From the NCBI GenBank assembly GCA_965229695.1, contig OZ245921.1, positions 274,772 through 338,771 on the forward strand: DNA of 64,000 nucleotides, in the 5' to 3' direction. This DNA is from Paracoccaceae bacterium (GTDB taxonomy: Bacteria; Pseudomonadota; Alphaproteobacteria; Rhodobacterales; Rhodobacteraceae). The notes beneath the pieces are model-generated. The model was not told the origin of the DNA. It saw only the letters and a program-made list of their open reading frames with translations, and did no database searches. Each line of letters begins with the position of its first letter. Position 1 is the first letter of the stretch. Of this stretch, positions 1-10,849 are shown in pieces. A program made the translations under genes and the position numbers.

Positions 1-40
1 GCGCAGGCCTTTACCATGTCTCAGATAGAAAGGTTCCGTT

Positions 41-592
41 GTGAAAATCACACCGCTTGAGATCCCGGCCGTCCACCTGATCGAGCTGGAACAACGACGC
101 GACGCGCGCGGTTTTTTCGCGCGATTGAGCTGCCAGGCCGAAGTGGCAGAGGCCGGGCTGACGGGCAACTGGTTGCAGATCAACAACTCCCTCACGGCAG
201 ACGCCGGCGTGGTGCGCGGATTGCATTTCCAGCGCCCACCCAGCGCCGAGGTCAAAATGGTGCGCTGTGTTCGCGGCGCCATTTTCGATGTGGCGGTTGA
301 TCTGCGGGACGGATCGCCCAGCTTTGGGCAATGGGTCGGACGCACGCTCACCGCAGACAGCCGGGACATGCTGTATATTCCCGAAGGCTTCGGCCATGGC
401 TTCCAGAGCCTCGAGCCTGACAGCGAGATCATTTACTTCAACACGGCGAATTACGCCCCCGAGCTGGAAGGCGGCGTCCGTTACGACGATGCGGACATCG
501 GCATAGACTGGCCGCTGCCGATTTCCTTCACCTCGGAGCGGGACAATGCCCTGCCGTCTTTGAGAGACCTTGACCCCATCAAGCTTGCCTGA
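41..592 (+). CDS. rmlC: dTDP-4-dehydrorhamnose 3,5-epimerase (RmlC-type cupin)
   Basis: 183-aa ORF with GTG start. RmlC-like blocks RGLHFQ, VRCVRGAIFDVAVDLRDGSPSFGQW and IPEGFGHGF. First gene of a sugar-nucleotide/glycan locus. Confidence 0.85.
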   Translation: MKITPLEIPAVHLIELEQRRDARGFFARLSCQAEVAEAGLTGNWLQINNSLTADAGVVRGLHFQRPPSAEVKMVRCVRGAIFDVAVDLRDGSPSFGQWVGRTLTADSRDMLYIPEGFGHGFQSLEPDSEIIYFNTANYAPELEGGVRYDDADIGIDWPLPISFTSERDNALPSLRDLDPIKLA

Positions 593-634
593 CGAAACCA
601 AGACAATTTCCCCCTGCGCAAACGGAAAGCCCCT

Positions 635-1744
635 ATGACCCATCGCGTACTTTATACCAAACCTTCGATCACCGACCGTGAGATCGCCTATGCGACGGAT
701 GCTGCCCAGAACGGCTGGGGGGCAAAGTGCTACGACTACATCTACAAGTTCGAGGCTCTGTTCAAAGCCTATCTCGGGACGGAATTCGCCATCGCGACCT
801 CAAGCTGCACCGGGGCGCTGCATATGGGCATGCACGCACTTGGCATCGGTCCCGGCGACGAGGTGATCATGGCCGACACCAATTGGATCGCCTGCCCGTC
901 CACGGTGGTGCATCTGGGCGCGACACCGGTGTTTGTCGACATCGACCCGATCAGCTGGTGCATCAGCCCGCAAGCGGCCGAAGCCGCAATCACGCCCAAG
1001 ACCAAGGCAATCGTGGCGACGCATCTTTACGGCAACCTGTGTGATATGGACGCCCTGCTTGAGATCGGAGCACGGCACAACCTGCCTGTCATCGAGGATG
1101 CCGCCGAGGCGCTTGGCTCGGCTTGGGGGGATGTCCGCTGCGGGTCGCGGGGCGCCTTTGGGACTTTTTCCTTTCACGGGACGAAGACCATGACCACCGG
1201 CGAGGGCGGCATGTTCGTCACCAACGACCCAGAGCTGAACCGCAAGGTCCAGACCCTGAACAACCACGGACGCGTGCCGGGTGAGACCCATCAGTTCTGG
1301 TCGCAAGTTGCCGGCTTCAAGTTCAAGATCAGCAACATTCAAGCCGCCATCGGCTGCGCGCAGGTCGAGCGGTTGGATGAGTTGGTGGACAGAAAACGTG
1401 TCATCATGCAAACGTACCGCGAACGCCTTGGCGGGGTGAACGGGATCACACTCAATCCCGAGGCGCCGGGAACCGTCAATTCCGCCTGGATGCCCTCAGC
1501 GGTGCTGGCGCCGGAGCTTGGCGTCAGCCGGCAGGACCTGCTTGATGCGTATGCTGCGGCCAATATCGACGGGCGCGTGTTCTTCCACCCCGTCTCGTCC
1601 ATGCCGCCATTTGAAGATCAGCCCCAAAACAAGGTCGCCTGGGACATCCCAAACCGTGCAATCAATCTCAACAGTTACCACGATATGACCGAAGCGGACA
1701 TCGATCGTGTCGTGACCTGCGTCTTGTCTTGCCTGGAGCCATGA
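635..1744 (+). CDS. DegT/DnrJ/EryC1/StrS-family PLP-dependent sugar aminotransferase
   Basis: 369 aa. Family-typical blocks ATSSCTGALH, DTNWIA and FSFHGTKTMTTGEGG. Stop overlaps the next start (ATGA). Confidence 0.9.
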   Translation: MTHRVLYTKPSITDREIAYATDAAQNGWGAKCYDYIYKFEALFKAYLGTEFAIATSSCTGALHMGMHALGIGPGDEVIMADTNWIACPSTVVHLGATPVFVDIDPISWCISPQAAEAAITPKTKAIVATHLYGNLCDMDALLEIGARHNLPVIEDAAEALGSAWGDVRCGSRGAFGTFSFHGTKTMTTGEGGMFVTNDPELNRKVQTLNNHGRVPGETHQFWSQVAGFKFKISNIQAAIGCAQVERLDELVDRKRVIMQTYRERLGGVNGITLNPEAPGTVNSAWMPSAVLAPELGVSRQDLLDAYAAANIDGRVFFHPVSSMPPFEDQPQNKVAWDIPNRAINLNSYHDMTEADIDRVVTCVLSCLEP

Positions 1745-2493
1745 CGTCGGACCCACATCGCGAGTTGTGCCGGGCCTCCGCTTGGGCACCGGCGGGTGTG
1801 CGCCCAGCGCCACCCGGAGAGAAGGTTGCGTTCATCGGAGCCAACAATCCGGAAACCGCGCGCATGGCACGTGATGTGCAGGCCGCTACCGGTGTCGAGT
1901 TCATAGGCTTCTTCGACAATGCCCCTGACAAGAAAGGCAAAACGTTCTGCGGATTGCCGGTCTTTGGCGGCTTTGACGATCTTCTCGGCTGTGACCGCGC
2001 TGCGTTCGGGTTGGTCAACCTGATCACCCGCGACACCCAAACACGCCACGAGACCACCCGCTTTTGCGTCGAAAATGGCTTTGCGGCTGCCGATTTCATC
2101 CATCCTTCCATCAACCTCGATGGCGTCACGCTGGGACGTGGCGTGTATCTGCAAGAGGGCGTTATTGTGCAGGGCGGCGCCGTGGTGATGGACAACGCCT
2201 GTGTGAATTCAGGGGCGACGATTTCGCATGAAACGGTCCTCGGAACCTCCTGCTTCGTGGCGCCTGGGGCCACTTTGGCCGGGCTTGTCACCCTTGCTCC
2301 GGGCGTCCTGATTGGCGCTGGGGCGGTTGTCATGCCCCGCCTGTCGCTGGGCCTCGGCACAACCGTCGGAGCGGGTGCTGTTGTCACAAAGAACACCGCC
2401 GAGCGATCCATAGTGGTGGGTGTCCCAGCCGTCGAAAAGGGCAAGTCCCCCGATGACGAAGCTTTCCTGCCTCTGTTTCCTGAAATGACCTGA
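1741..2493 (+). CDS. Hexapeptide-repeat sugar N-acetyltransferase (NeuD/PglD-like)
   Basis: N-terminal KVAFIGAN Rossmann-like segment and C-terminal left-handed beta-helix repeats (GVIVQGGAVV, GATISHETVLG, GVLIGAGAVV). Start uncertain: ATG 1741 (ATGA overlap) or in-frame GTG 1798. Confidence 0.8.
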   Translation: MTSDPHRELCRASAWAPAGVRPAPPGEKVAFIGANNPETARMARDVQAATGVEFIGFFDNAPDKKGKTFCGLPVFGGFDDLLGCDRAAFGLVNLITRDTQTRHETTRFCVENGFAAADFIHPSINLDGVTLGRGVYLQEGVIVQGGAVVMDNACVNSGATISHETVLGTSCFVAPGATLAGLVTLAPGVLIGAGAVVMPRLSLGLGTTVGAGAVVTKNTAERSIVVGVPAVEKGKSPDDEAFLPLFPEMT

Positions 2494-2508
2494 ACGAGCA
2501 TTAATACG

Positions 2509-3720
2509 ATGGCGACCAGAGCACCGCGTTTTTCGATTTGCATCCCATCCCGCAACCGGCTTGAAGCGGTCAAACAGACGGTTCAGTCAGTCTTGTCACA
2601 GGATTTCGACAGTTGGGAAATCGTGATTTCCGACAACTCCACCCAGTCGCATGGCGCTTTGTCGGCCTGGGTGGCAGCGCTGGAGCTACCACAGGACAAG
2701 ATCCGCGTGTCGGAGACCGGCGGCGATCTTCAGATGGACGAAAACTGGGAAGCCGCCACGCTGCCGGCAACGGGCGACTATGTTTTTGTCGTGGCCGATC
2801 GCTGGCGGCTCAGAAACGGCGCCTTGCAGGTTTTCTCAAGCATCGTTGACCGTTTCGATCCAGACCTCCTTTTTTGGGGCGGAACCAAGTCGCACCAATT
2901 CGAGGCCCTGTTTTCCGCACCGGACGGCCCACCGCCCTTGAAGGTGTCCGAGTGTTCAACGAAAGAGATCTTGGGCAATTTTCTGGAATTTCGGGGATAC
3001 GAGACGGAATCCGTCTATGGACAAGCCATTCCGCGGGCATTGAACGGCGCCTACAGGCGGGTTTTGGGTGATAAGGTGCGTGGCATTTGGGGCGAGATTT
3101 TCCGGCCTATTTCCCCAGACTATACATCAGCCATGGCGTTTCTACTTTCCGGGGAACGTTGCGTCAGAATCCACGAAATGATGTACACGGCCATCAAGGG
3201 CGCAGGCAGCAACTTTTCGAACACCTCTGTTATCGGGTTGGGGCACTATCTGACAACCTTTCCGAATTGCCATGTCTGGCGCGGTCTTCAAGAGAATATC
3301 GTTTTTTCGACCGTATTGAACGATGTTGAACGGACCCTGGAGGTGAGAGAAGAAGGTCGGGACTGGATCACCCGGATCAATGTCGAAAACGCGCTGAAAT
3401 GCATGATGTCGGAGCTGAATTTCAAGGAGTTCAACGGCAGCCTGCTGCCGGTCGCGCAGATGCGCAAAAAGATCTACGCCCTCGCCGCCCGTGAGGGACT
3501 GACCGAACAGCAAATATCCAATATCGAGGCGTATGTTGACCGCAGTCGCCATCGCGCTGTCGGGATGCGGCAATGGCTCAGACGCGCGGGGCTTTATGAC
3601 AAGGCGCGCGCGCTGAACGACCGGCTGCGGCATTCCAAGCAGAAATCCTACATCTCCGACAAGGTCGCGGCGGAAGACGTCGCCGCGCGTGGCCTTGAAA
3701 TCATCACGCCGCACCAGTGA
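2509..3720 (+). CDS. Glycosyltransferase family 2-like
   Basis: 403 aa. N-terminal GT-A signature FSICIPSRNRLEAVKQTVQSVLSQDFDSWEIVISDNS. Confidence 0.75.
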   Translation: MATRAPRFSICIPSRNRLEAVKQTVQSVLSQDFDSWEIVISDNSTQSHGALSAWVAALELPQDKIRVSETGGDLQMDENWEAATLPATGDYVFVVADRWRLRNGALQVFSSIVDRFDPDLLFWGGTKSHQFEALFSAPDGPPPLKVSECSTKEILGNFLEFRGYETESVYGQAIPRALNGAYRRVLGDKVRGIWGEIFRPISPDYTSAMAFLLSGERCVRIHEMMYTAIKGAGSNFSNTSVIGLGHYLTTFPNCHVWRGLQENIVFSTVLNDVERTLEVREEGRDWITRINVENALKCMMSELNFKEFNGSLLPVAQMRKKIYALAAREGLTEQQISNIEAYVDRSRHRAVGMRQWLRRAGLYDKARALNDRLRHSKQKSYISDKVAAEDVAARGLEIITPHQ

Positions 3721-3784
3721 TCTGTGCGATTCGAAATCAACAGCGGCCGCGAGCGGCCATCCGTTGAAGGAATAGTGGCCTTTC

Positions 3785-5755
3785 ATGTCGCAATCCATTG
3801 AATATCGCGCCGATATCGACGGCCTGAGGGCGCTGGCAGTGATTGCCGTGGTCCTCTTCCATGCCGAAATTTCTTTTGGACCGGTTGTCTTTTCGGGCGG
3901 CTTCCTCGGGGTCGACGTTTTTTTCGTGATTTCCGGTTTTTTGATTACGTCCCTCCTGTGCCGGGAACTCGGGAACACTGGGCGGGTTTCAATCGCGCGG
4001 TTTTATGACAGACGGTTGCGACGGATTGCACCGGCGTTGATTGCAACCTGCCTGTTCACCATTGTCGCTGCTCAATTCGTTTTGTTGCCACACGAGCTGG
4101 AGCGTTTCAATCTGAGCCTTCTGGCAACGCTTGGCTTTGCTGCAAACATCTTTTTCTGGAGCGAGATCGGCTATTTCTCGGCTGCGGCCGATCAGCAGCC
4201 ATTGCTTCACATGTGGAGCCTTGCGGTCGAAGAGCAATACTACGTCGTTTTTCCGCTGGCGCTTTGGGCCTGTGTGCGCTGGCTTGGCTGGCGCGTCACG
4301 GTGACTTTGATTGTGGTCTCTGTGCTGGCATCGGCCACGCTGCATGCCTGGGGGGCTGTGGCCATGCGGTCGGCCAGTTTTTATCTCACGCCGTTTCGGG
4401 TTTGGGAATTGTTGGCAGGGGCGCTCATCGCCATCACGGGAACCCGCCAAATGGGTCTGCCGCCAGCGGTGCGCACCGGGCTTGGTCTGATCGGCGCCGG
4501 TCTGGTTCTGGTCCCGATGGTGACCTTTGATCCGCTGGCCGCGCCGTCGGTCTTTCCGGTGACACTGGCGGCGGTGGCAGGCACGTGCATGATCATTCTG
4601 GCGGGGCCGCAAACGATGGTTGGCAAGCTGCTGTCATTGCGCCCAGTGGTCGGCCTGGGGTTGATCAGCTATTCGTTGTATCTGGTGCATCAGCCCATCC
4701 TCGCCTTCGCCCGTGTCCGGTCGCTGGAGCACCCGAGCGAGACGCTGATGATGGCACTCGCCTTGCTGTGCCTGCCTTTGGCCTATGTGTCGTGGCGGTT
4801 CGTTGAGACACCCTTCCGCAGAAGCAGCATCGTGGGATCGCGGGTTTTCTATGGCAGCCTGACAACAGCCAGCGTGGTGATCGTAGCGGTGGGTCTTGGC
4901 GCAATCCAGGCCAGCTTTGGGCAACGGTGGAATTCGGACCTTCTGGCGATTGTCGACAGCGTTAACGCACCGACCAATGGCTTGTCCGCGGCCTGTCATG
5001 GGGATCTGACATCACCGGAATGCGCAACGGATGAGGCTCCGCGAACGGTGCTGTGGGGGGACAGTTATACGATGCACCTTGTTCCCGGACTTGTGGCGCA
5101 GGGCGTGTCCTTCAGACAGATCACGAGACGAGGGTGCAGACCAACCGAACTCGAAGACATCAGACCGCCCGACGCCGGTGCGATGACGGCGACCAGGCGC
5201 CGCTGCGAAAGGTTCAACGCAGCGGTTCTGGCCCTGATTGCCGAAGAGGCGGCAGCGAGACGTTTGGACCATGTCCTGATTTCGTCGCGGGCCTACGGAC
5301 TTCGGGCCGGGTCGTTGAGGACAAGACCGACGGAGACGAACTGGCCGCCCGAACGTGTCGCCGAGGAGCTGGGGTTCATTCTGGCGCAACTTGAGCAAGC
5401 TGGCGTCTCTGCCGGTCTGGTCGGTGCCCCGCCGCCGGCGCACTTCGATCCGGGCCAATGCTTTATGCGTTCTGCGGCCTACAACGACACATCTTCGGAT
5501 TGCACATGGCCCTTTCCCGAAGCGCACGGCGCCTATCCCCTGGCAGAGGTTGCCGCGCAACACGGTGCCCGTTTCCTTGACCTGTCCGACATTCTTTGCC
5601 CGGATGGCCTGTGCGCCGCGGCCCAAGACGGCCTACTGATCTACCGTGACAATGGCCACCTAACCCCGCGCGGCGCGGAATATGTGTTCCAAAGCGACGC
5701 GGCGCGCCGTTTTCTGAGCGATGTTGGGATTACAGCGGGAGGCGTACCGCGTTGA
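3785..5755 (+). CDS. Acyltransferase-3 / SGNH fusion O-acetyltransferase (OafA/YrhL-like)
   Basis: 656 aa. N-terminal DGLRALAVIAVVLFH and FLGVDVFFVISGFLIT motifs with multiple TM helices. C-terminal soluble domain has an SGNH-like VLWGDSYTMH block. Confidence 0.85.
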   Translation: MSQSIEYRADIDGLRALAVIAVVLFHAEISFGPVVFSGGFLGVDVFFVISGFLITSLLCRELGNTGRVSIARFYDRRLRRIAPALIATCLFTIVAAQFVLLPHELERFNLSLLATLGFAANIFFWSEIGYFSAAADQQPLLHMWSLAVEEQYYVVFPLALWACVRWLGWRVTVTLIVVSVLASATLHAWGAVAMRSASFYLTPFRVWELLAGALIAITGTRQMGLPPAVRTGLGLIGAGLVLVPMVTFDPLAAPSVFPVTLAAVAGTCMIILAGPQTMVGKLLSLRPVVGLGLISYSLYLVHQPILAFARVRSLEHPSETLMMALALLCLPLAYVSWRFVETPFRRSSIVGSRVFYGSLTTASVVIVAVGLGAIQASFGQRWNSDLLAIVDSVNAPTNGLSAACHGDLTSPECATDEAPRTVLWGDSYTMHLVPGLVAQGVSFRQITRRGCRPTELEDIRPPDAGAMTATRRRCERFNAAVLALIAEEAAARRLDHVLISSRAYGLRAGSLRTRPTETNWPPERVAEELGFILAQLEQAGVSAGLVGAPPPAHFDPGQCFMRSAAYNDTSSDCTWPFPEAHGAYPLAEVAAQHGARFLDLSDILCPDGLCAAAQDGLLIYRDNGHLTPRGAEYVFQSDAARRFLSDVGITAGGVPR

Positions 5756-7245
5756 GCAGCCTTGGTCGCGCACTTGCGGGCTTTATGTCGTCGTCCCTTT
5801 TCGGGTCGGCGACCCAAGTTGCCAAAGGAAAGATCTCCGCTCTTTTTCTTGGCCCCGCCGGGATCGGGATTTTCAACCAGCTGACATTGTTTTTCAACCT
5901 AGCAATGATGCTTTCGAGCCTCGGCTTTCGCAACGGGGTCACGCGTAACGTGGCGGCCGCAGAGGCCGCGGCCAGTCAGAAAGATGGGCCTGACGACGGA
6001 GTGCTGAGGCAATTTTCGTCCTCCTTCCTTTTGGTGGCCGCTCTGTCGTTGCTTATTGCAGCGGCCTCCATTCTGGTGTCAGGGCAAATTTCAAATCTCC
6101 TTTTTGACGATGGCGGCGAACGGCGCCTGCTGGTCGTGCTGGTGGCTTTGGCCGTCCCGATGGGTGTCGCAGGGATGATTTACAAGGCATTGCTGAACGG
6201 GCTGAGGATCGTGGGGCCACTGGTCAAAGCGCGCATGATCGCCGATGGGATCAGCGTCTTTGCATTTGCCGCGCTGGTCATTCCTTTCGGCATTGTTGGT
6301 GCCGCACTCGGGTTCGTCTTTCTGCAGGTGGCCTTTTTGGTGTTGGTGTTTCGTGCGACGTGGAAAGTGGCGCCATCTGTGGCGCTTCCAAGGGCCAAGG
6401 CTTTCCAGTTTGCTGAGGCGAGACAGAACTTTGCCTTCGGCGCGCATAGTGTGATTGTCGGGGTCACCGGTGTCAGCGCTTCGCTGTTCATATCCCGGCT
6501 GATCATTTCGACGATCGACCTTGAGGCAAACGGATACTATGCCGTAGCGCTGAAAATTGCGACGGTCTACCTCGGTGGGCTCTACGCGGCCGCATCTGGC
6601 TACTTCCTGTCGAGCGTCGTCAAAGCGGCAACGGACAAGACCGTCGGCAAGACAATCGACGAGGCCATCAACCTTTATCTTGCCGTTGTCGCCCCGATCA
6701 TTGTGGTGTTGATGGCGAGCGGCGAACTCCTGGTTGTCGCGTTTTTCGCGGTCGAGTTCTTGCCCGTGGCGGTCATCCTTTTGCTGCTGTTGCCGGGGGA
6801 TGCGGTTCGGCTGGTTGTCGAAACACTGGGTCAGGCGCTGGTGGCGCAGAAAAAACTGGTCCTGTCTTGTTTGGTGTTTGCCTCATGGGCAGCGATTTAT
6901 TGTCTTGGGACGTACTTTCTGTTGCCGAGGTTTGGCTTGCTTGGCGTCGCCGTGGCTTACACCGCCAGCCAGATTTTGCTCCTCGGCGTGCTGGTCGTGG
7001 TCAGTCGGCGCGTTCTGGACTACACACCGTCGCGGCAGACCGTGTACACGGTCGGACGGGCGATGGTTCTGGTGACATCGGCCTCAGCCGCGTGCTGGTA
7101 CATAGACGGCGTCATGTTGGCGATGCTGGGCTGCGCGGGGCTCGTCCTGATCTGGGGAACCGTCTCCATGCGGGACGCCTTTTTTGCCAAAATGACGAAA
7201 AAACTCTGGCAGGTGGTGCGTGCTAAACTACTCCCGAGCAGATAA
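5752..7245 (+). CDS. Polysaccharide flippase (Wzx / MOP superfamily-like)
   Basis: 497-aa polytopic membrane protein inside a glycan locus. TTG start overlaps the upstream stop (TTGA). Alternative ATG at 5785. Confidence 0.7.
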   Translation: MSSLGRALAGFMSSSLFGSATQVAKGKISALFLGPAGIGIFNQLTLFFNLAMMLSSLGFRNGVTRNVAAAEAAASQKDGPDDGVLRQFSSSFLLVAALSLLIAAASILVSGQISNLLFDDGGERRLLVVLVALAVPMGVAGMIYKALLNGLRIVGPLVKARMIADGISVFAFAALVIPFGIVGAALGFVFLQVAFLVLVFRATWKVAPSVALPRAKAFQFAEARQNFAFGAHSVIVGVTGVSASLFISRLIISTIDLEANGYYAVALKIATVYLGGLYAAASGYFLSSVVKAATDKTVGKTIDEAINLYLAVVAPIIVVLMASGELLVVAFFAVEFLPVAVILLLLLPGDAVRLVVETLGQALVAQKKLVLSCLVFASWAAIYCLGTYFLLPRFGLLGVAVAYTASQILLLGVLVVVSRRVLDYTPSRQTVYTVGRAMVLVTSASAACWYIDGVMLAMLGCAGLVLIWGTVSMRDAFFAKMTKKLWQVVRAKLLPSR

Positions 7246-7425
7246 CCCGGCGGCGTCTTCATGCGCAAACCACGTGTGGGCTACGCTTTCGCCCCAATGT
7301 AAAGGGCGTCCTGAGCAAAATCAGATTGCTTTAAGACCGTTTATCCCGCCCCGCGCTCCGGGCTGGCTTCGCACCGTCTGCTGGCGAAAAAACCCATTTC
7401 GACAGCCAGGCCGGGGGCAGCCCTG

Positions 7426-8520
7426 ATGCAAATCCTTCATGTTATCGAGACATTGGGCACTGGCGGGGCCGAGCGGTTGTTGGTGACAGTGTTGCCCGAA
7501 CTGGCCGCGCAGGGCATGGACGTACATGTCGCAGTGATGCGGCCTCCGATGCCGCTGAAATCAGAGCTCGAAGCCGCCGGTATCCGGGTCCATGTCCTGC
7601 CCCGCCGCGCCAAATGGCAGGTGGTGCGGCAAGCGCGAGACATTGCGCGGCTTGCCCGGTCGCTGAACGCCGATCTGGTTCACGCGCATCTTTATTTTCC
7701 GATCCTAGCAACAGCGATGGCGCGGAGCTTTGGCTGGCTTGACGCGGCAACCCATGCCAGCTTTCACAACCTTGCCTATGCCGGGGCCAACCGAAAGACA
7801 TGGAAGCTCAAAGCACGCCAGCATTTGGCGGGCTTTCTGGTCAGGCGCGGCATAGATCAGCCACAGGCGGTCAGCCAGATGACGGCAACGCATTATGCGG
7901 GTGCGTATCGCCTGAACGATGTGTCCGTTGTACATAATGCGTTTGATCCCAAGACTTTGAACGGGATCACGCGCAAGACCGGTCCGGCCATTGTTGTTCC
8001 CGGGCGTTTGGTGCATGAAAAGGGCCATGCCGACCTGATCTCTGCCTTGACACGCCTGCAGACGAACTGCCCTCCGGTCACCTTCGCAGGCGACGGTCCG
8101 CTGCGCGGCACGTTGGAGGCGGAGATCAAGGCCGCGCAGTTGCCTGTATCGATCTCCGGAAAACTCGATCACGCCAAAATTCTGCAAACCATTGCTGCGG
8201 CACGCCTTGTGGTTGTGCCCTCGCGGTTCGAAGGGTTCGGGCTTACCGCTTTGGAGGCTCTTGCACTCAACAAAGCGGTTGTTGCGACCAACGTGGGCGG
8301 GTTGCCGGAAGTCCTGGGCGCGCTTGGGCGCCAGGTTTCGCCGGGCCAACCTGGCGATCTTGCAGAAGCTCTACGCTCCGCGCTTGATGATCCGGAGTGG
8401 ATTGCAGCACAGGAGGCGGCAGGGCCTGACCAGGCGGAAAAATTCGCAGTTGCCACGATCGCCAGACAACAGATCGCGCTTTATCAGAACACTCTTCGGG
8501 CAAAAGGCCTTCGGAAATGA
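7426..8520 (+). CDS. Glycosyltransferase family 4 (GT-B)
   Basis: 364 aa. MQILHVIETLGTGGAERLL N-terminus and C-terminal PSRFEGFGLTALEALA...GGLPEV motif. Confidence 0.85.
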   Translation: MQILHVIETLGTGGAERLLVTVLPELAAQGMDVHVAVMRPPMPLKSELEAAGIRVHVLPRRAKWQVVRQARDIARLARSLNADLVHAHLYFPILATAMARSFGWLDAATHASFHNLAYAGANRKTWKLKARQHLAGFLVRRGIDQPQAVSQMTATHYAGAYRLNDVSVVHNAFDPKTLNGITRKTGPAIVVPGRLVHEKGHADLISALTRLQTNCPPVTFAGDGPLRGTLEAEIKAAQLPVSISGKLDHAKILQTIAAARLVVVPSRFEGFGLTALEALALNKAVVATNVGGLPEVLGALGRQVSPGQPGDLAEALRSALDDPEWIAAQEAAGPDQAEKFAVATIARQQIALYQNTLRAKGLRK

Positions 8521-9746
8521 CTTCAGTCCTCTATATTTCCTACACCGGGTTGATGGATCCTTTGGGGCAGAGCCAGGTCCTGCAGTACGTCCTTGCGCTC
8601 GGGCGTGCGGGACACCGGATGACGGTGCTCAGTTTCGAAAAGCACGATGCGCTGGCGGACAAGGACCGGGTCGCCACCCTGCGCGCGCAATGCAAGGCGG
8701 CTGGTGTCGCATGGCACCCGCGCGTCTGGCACAACAAGCCCGTGGGCATTCTCGCCACGCTTTACGATCTTGTCGCAGGTCAGCGGCACGCCATCCGGTT
8801 GTCCCGCGATGTCGGCGCCGATGTCGTGCATTGCCGCAGCTATATCGCGGGGCTCATGGGACTTGCGGTCAAGCGCGCGACCGGGGCCCGGTACATCTTT
8901 GATATGCGCGGGTTCTGGCCGGACGAGCGTGTCGATGGCGGGATCTGGTCCAAAAGCAGCCTGCCCTACCGTGTCTTCAAACGGGTGGAGCGGTGGTTGT
9001 TTCTGGGCGCCGACCACGTGGTCTCGCTGACCCGCGCGGGCATCCGTGAATACGAGGCGTTCGACTATCTCAAGGGACGCGCGCCCGTCTCTTCGGTGAT
9101 CCCGACCTGCACGAACCTTGAGAAGTTTTCGCTGTCCCCGGCCGGGAGCGCGTCTGACAAAGCGCCGGGGTTCACCTTGGGATACGTGGGCTCGGTCGGA
9201 AGCTGGTATCTGTTCGGCACCGTCGCGCATGCTGTGGAGCGGGCCTTCGAGATGCGTCCCGATGCCAGGTTTCTGGTGGTCACCAAGGGTAATCACGACT
9301 ACGTGCGTGAAACGCTGTCGGCGGCGGGCGTTGACCTGTCACGGGTGAAAATTCGCGGTGCGGCGTTCGACGAAGTCGGTGCCCAGATCGCGTGCATGGA
9401 TGCGGGCGTCTTCTTCATCCGCCCAGCCTGGTCAAAGCGCGCCTCCTGCCCGACCCGCATGGGCGAGTTTCTGGCCTGCGGCAAACCCTGCCTGACCAAT
9501 GGCGGCGTCGGGGATGTGGCCGAGGACATTAATGAAACCGGGACTGGGATTGCGCTGCCGCCCGAGGGTCTGGACGGTGTGGTTTTGGACAATCTGGACA
9601 AGGCGTTGGCGCAGCTCTTTGAGATGGCCGCCGACCCTGACATGCCGCAGCGCTGCCGCGCCGCCGCCGAGACGCGGTTTTCGCTGTCGGGGGGCGTCGC
9701 GGACTATGCCGAGATTTATCAAAAGCTGGAAGGCATGCGGTCATGA
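8517..9746 (+). CDS. Glycosyltransferase family 4-like (GT-B)
   Basis: 409 aa. ISYTGLMDPLGQSQVLQYV N-terminus typical of GT4-type enzymes. ATGA overlap with both neighbours. Confidence 0.8.
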   Translation: MTSVLYISYTGLMDPLGQSQVLQYVLALGRAGHRMTVLSFEKHDALADKDRVATLRAQCKAAGVAWHPRVWHNKPVGILATLYDLVAGQRHAIRLSRDVGADVVHCRSYIAGLMGLAVKRATGARYIFDMRGFWPDERVDGGIWSKSSLPYRVFKRVERWLFLGADHVVSLTRAGIREYEAFDYLKGRAPVSSVIPTCTNLEKFSLSPAGSASDKAPGFTLGYVGSVGSWYLFGTVAHAVERAFEMRPDARFLVVTKGNHDYVRETLSAAGVDLSRVKIRGAAFDEVGAQIACMDAGVFFIRPAWSKRASCPTRMGEFLACGKPCLTNGGVGDVAEDINETGTGIALPPEGLDGVVLDNLDKALAQLFEMAADPDMPQRCRAAAETRFSLSGGVADYAEIYQKLEGMRS

Positions 9747-10849
9747 CCCACCATCCGCTCCGCGTTCTGTTCCTGACACGCTACCCGGTGAAGGGAGCCT
9801 CCAGCCGCTACCGGGTGTTCCAGTACCTGCCGCATCTGAAAAAACTGGGGGTTGAGGCTGAAGTCCAAAGCTTCATGGACACGCCGATGTACCACCTCTC
9901 GCTGGGACCGGGGCGGACGGGGGCCAAGGTTCTGTCGACGCTGAGGGCCACGGTGCGGCGGCTTTGGGCGTTGCGCCGGTGGCGGCGCTATGACGTTCTT
10001 TACCTGCAACGTGAACTGCTGCCTTTTGGCGGGCCGGTGATCGAAAGCTGGCTTAAACGCCAGGGCGCCGTGTTGTTCTTTGACTATGACGATGCGCTCT
10101 TCATCAAGAAGCCCTCGCGCTACAATCGAATCGCGACCGCGCTGCGCTCCTCGAACAAGACGCGCGATTTGTTCCGGCTGGTGCATTGCGTGGTCGCAGG
10201 GAACAATTGGCTGCGCGATACCGCGCTGGAGGCCGGGGCGTCGCGGGCGGTGACGCTGGAGGTGGCCGAGGACACCACCCGCATCCCCATGCACGCCCCG
10301 CATTCCAATGACGCGCCGGTGACCATCAGCTGGCTGGGCTCGCCTTCCACCGTCAAATACCTGAAGTTCATTGAGCCTGTGCTGCAATCGTTGGCCGCGA
10401 AGTATCCGCAGTTACGGTGGGAGATCATGGGCGGCAACGATTTCAAGATGGACGGCGTCGACTGGCAGCTCAGCGATTGGTCGCTCGAGGGCGAGTTGGC
10501 CGCCCTGGCCCGGTTCGACATTGGGCTGATGCCGCTGCCGCCCGAGGATTGGGCGAAGGGCAAATCCGGCGGCAAGGCGCGCACCTACATGGCGGCGGGG
10601 GTCGTCCCTGTCGTGGCTGGCATCGGCTACAATTGCGAACTGATCCGGCATGGAGAAACCGGTTTTCTTTGCGAGACGCCCGAGGACTGGGAAACCTATC
10701 TGAGCCAAACGATCGAAGACGCGGGCCTGCGCCAGCGCGTCGCCCAGGCAGCCCGGGCCGAAGTGGAAGAGAGGTTTGATCCCGCAATTATTGCCGAGCG
10801 CATGGCGCTCCTGCTCGAGGAGGTGGTAGCGGATGTCAAAACCCGTTGA
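9743..10849 (+). CDS. Glycosyltransferase (GT1/GT4-like, GT-B fold)
   Basis: 368 aa. LRVLFLTRYPVKGASSRYRVFQYLPHL N-terminus. C-terminal sugar-donor domain ends in GETGFLC. Translationally coupled to its neighbours. Confidence 0.75.
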   Translation: MTHHPLRVLFLTRYPVKGASSRYRVFQYLPHLKKLGVEAEVQSFMDTPMYHLSLGPGRTGAKVLSTLRATVRRLWALRRWRRYDVLYLQRELLPFGGPVIESWLKRQGAVLFFDYDDALFIKKPSRYNRIATALRSSNKTRDLFRLVHCVVAGNNWLRDTALEAGASRAVTLEVAEDTTRIPMHAPHSNDAPVTISWLGSPSTVKYLKFIEPVLQSLAAKYPQLRWEIMGGNDFKMDGVDWQLSDWSLEGELAALARFDIGLMPLPPEDWAKGKSGGKARTYMAAGVVPVVAGIGYNCELIRHGETGFLCETPEDWETYLSQTIEDAGLRQRVAQAARAEVEERFDPAIIAERMALLLEEVVADVKTR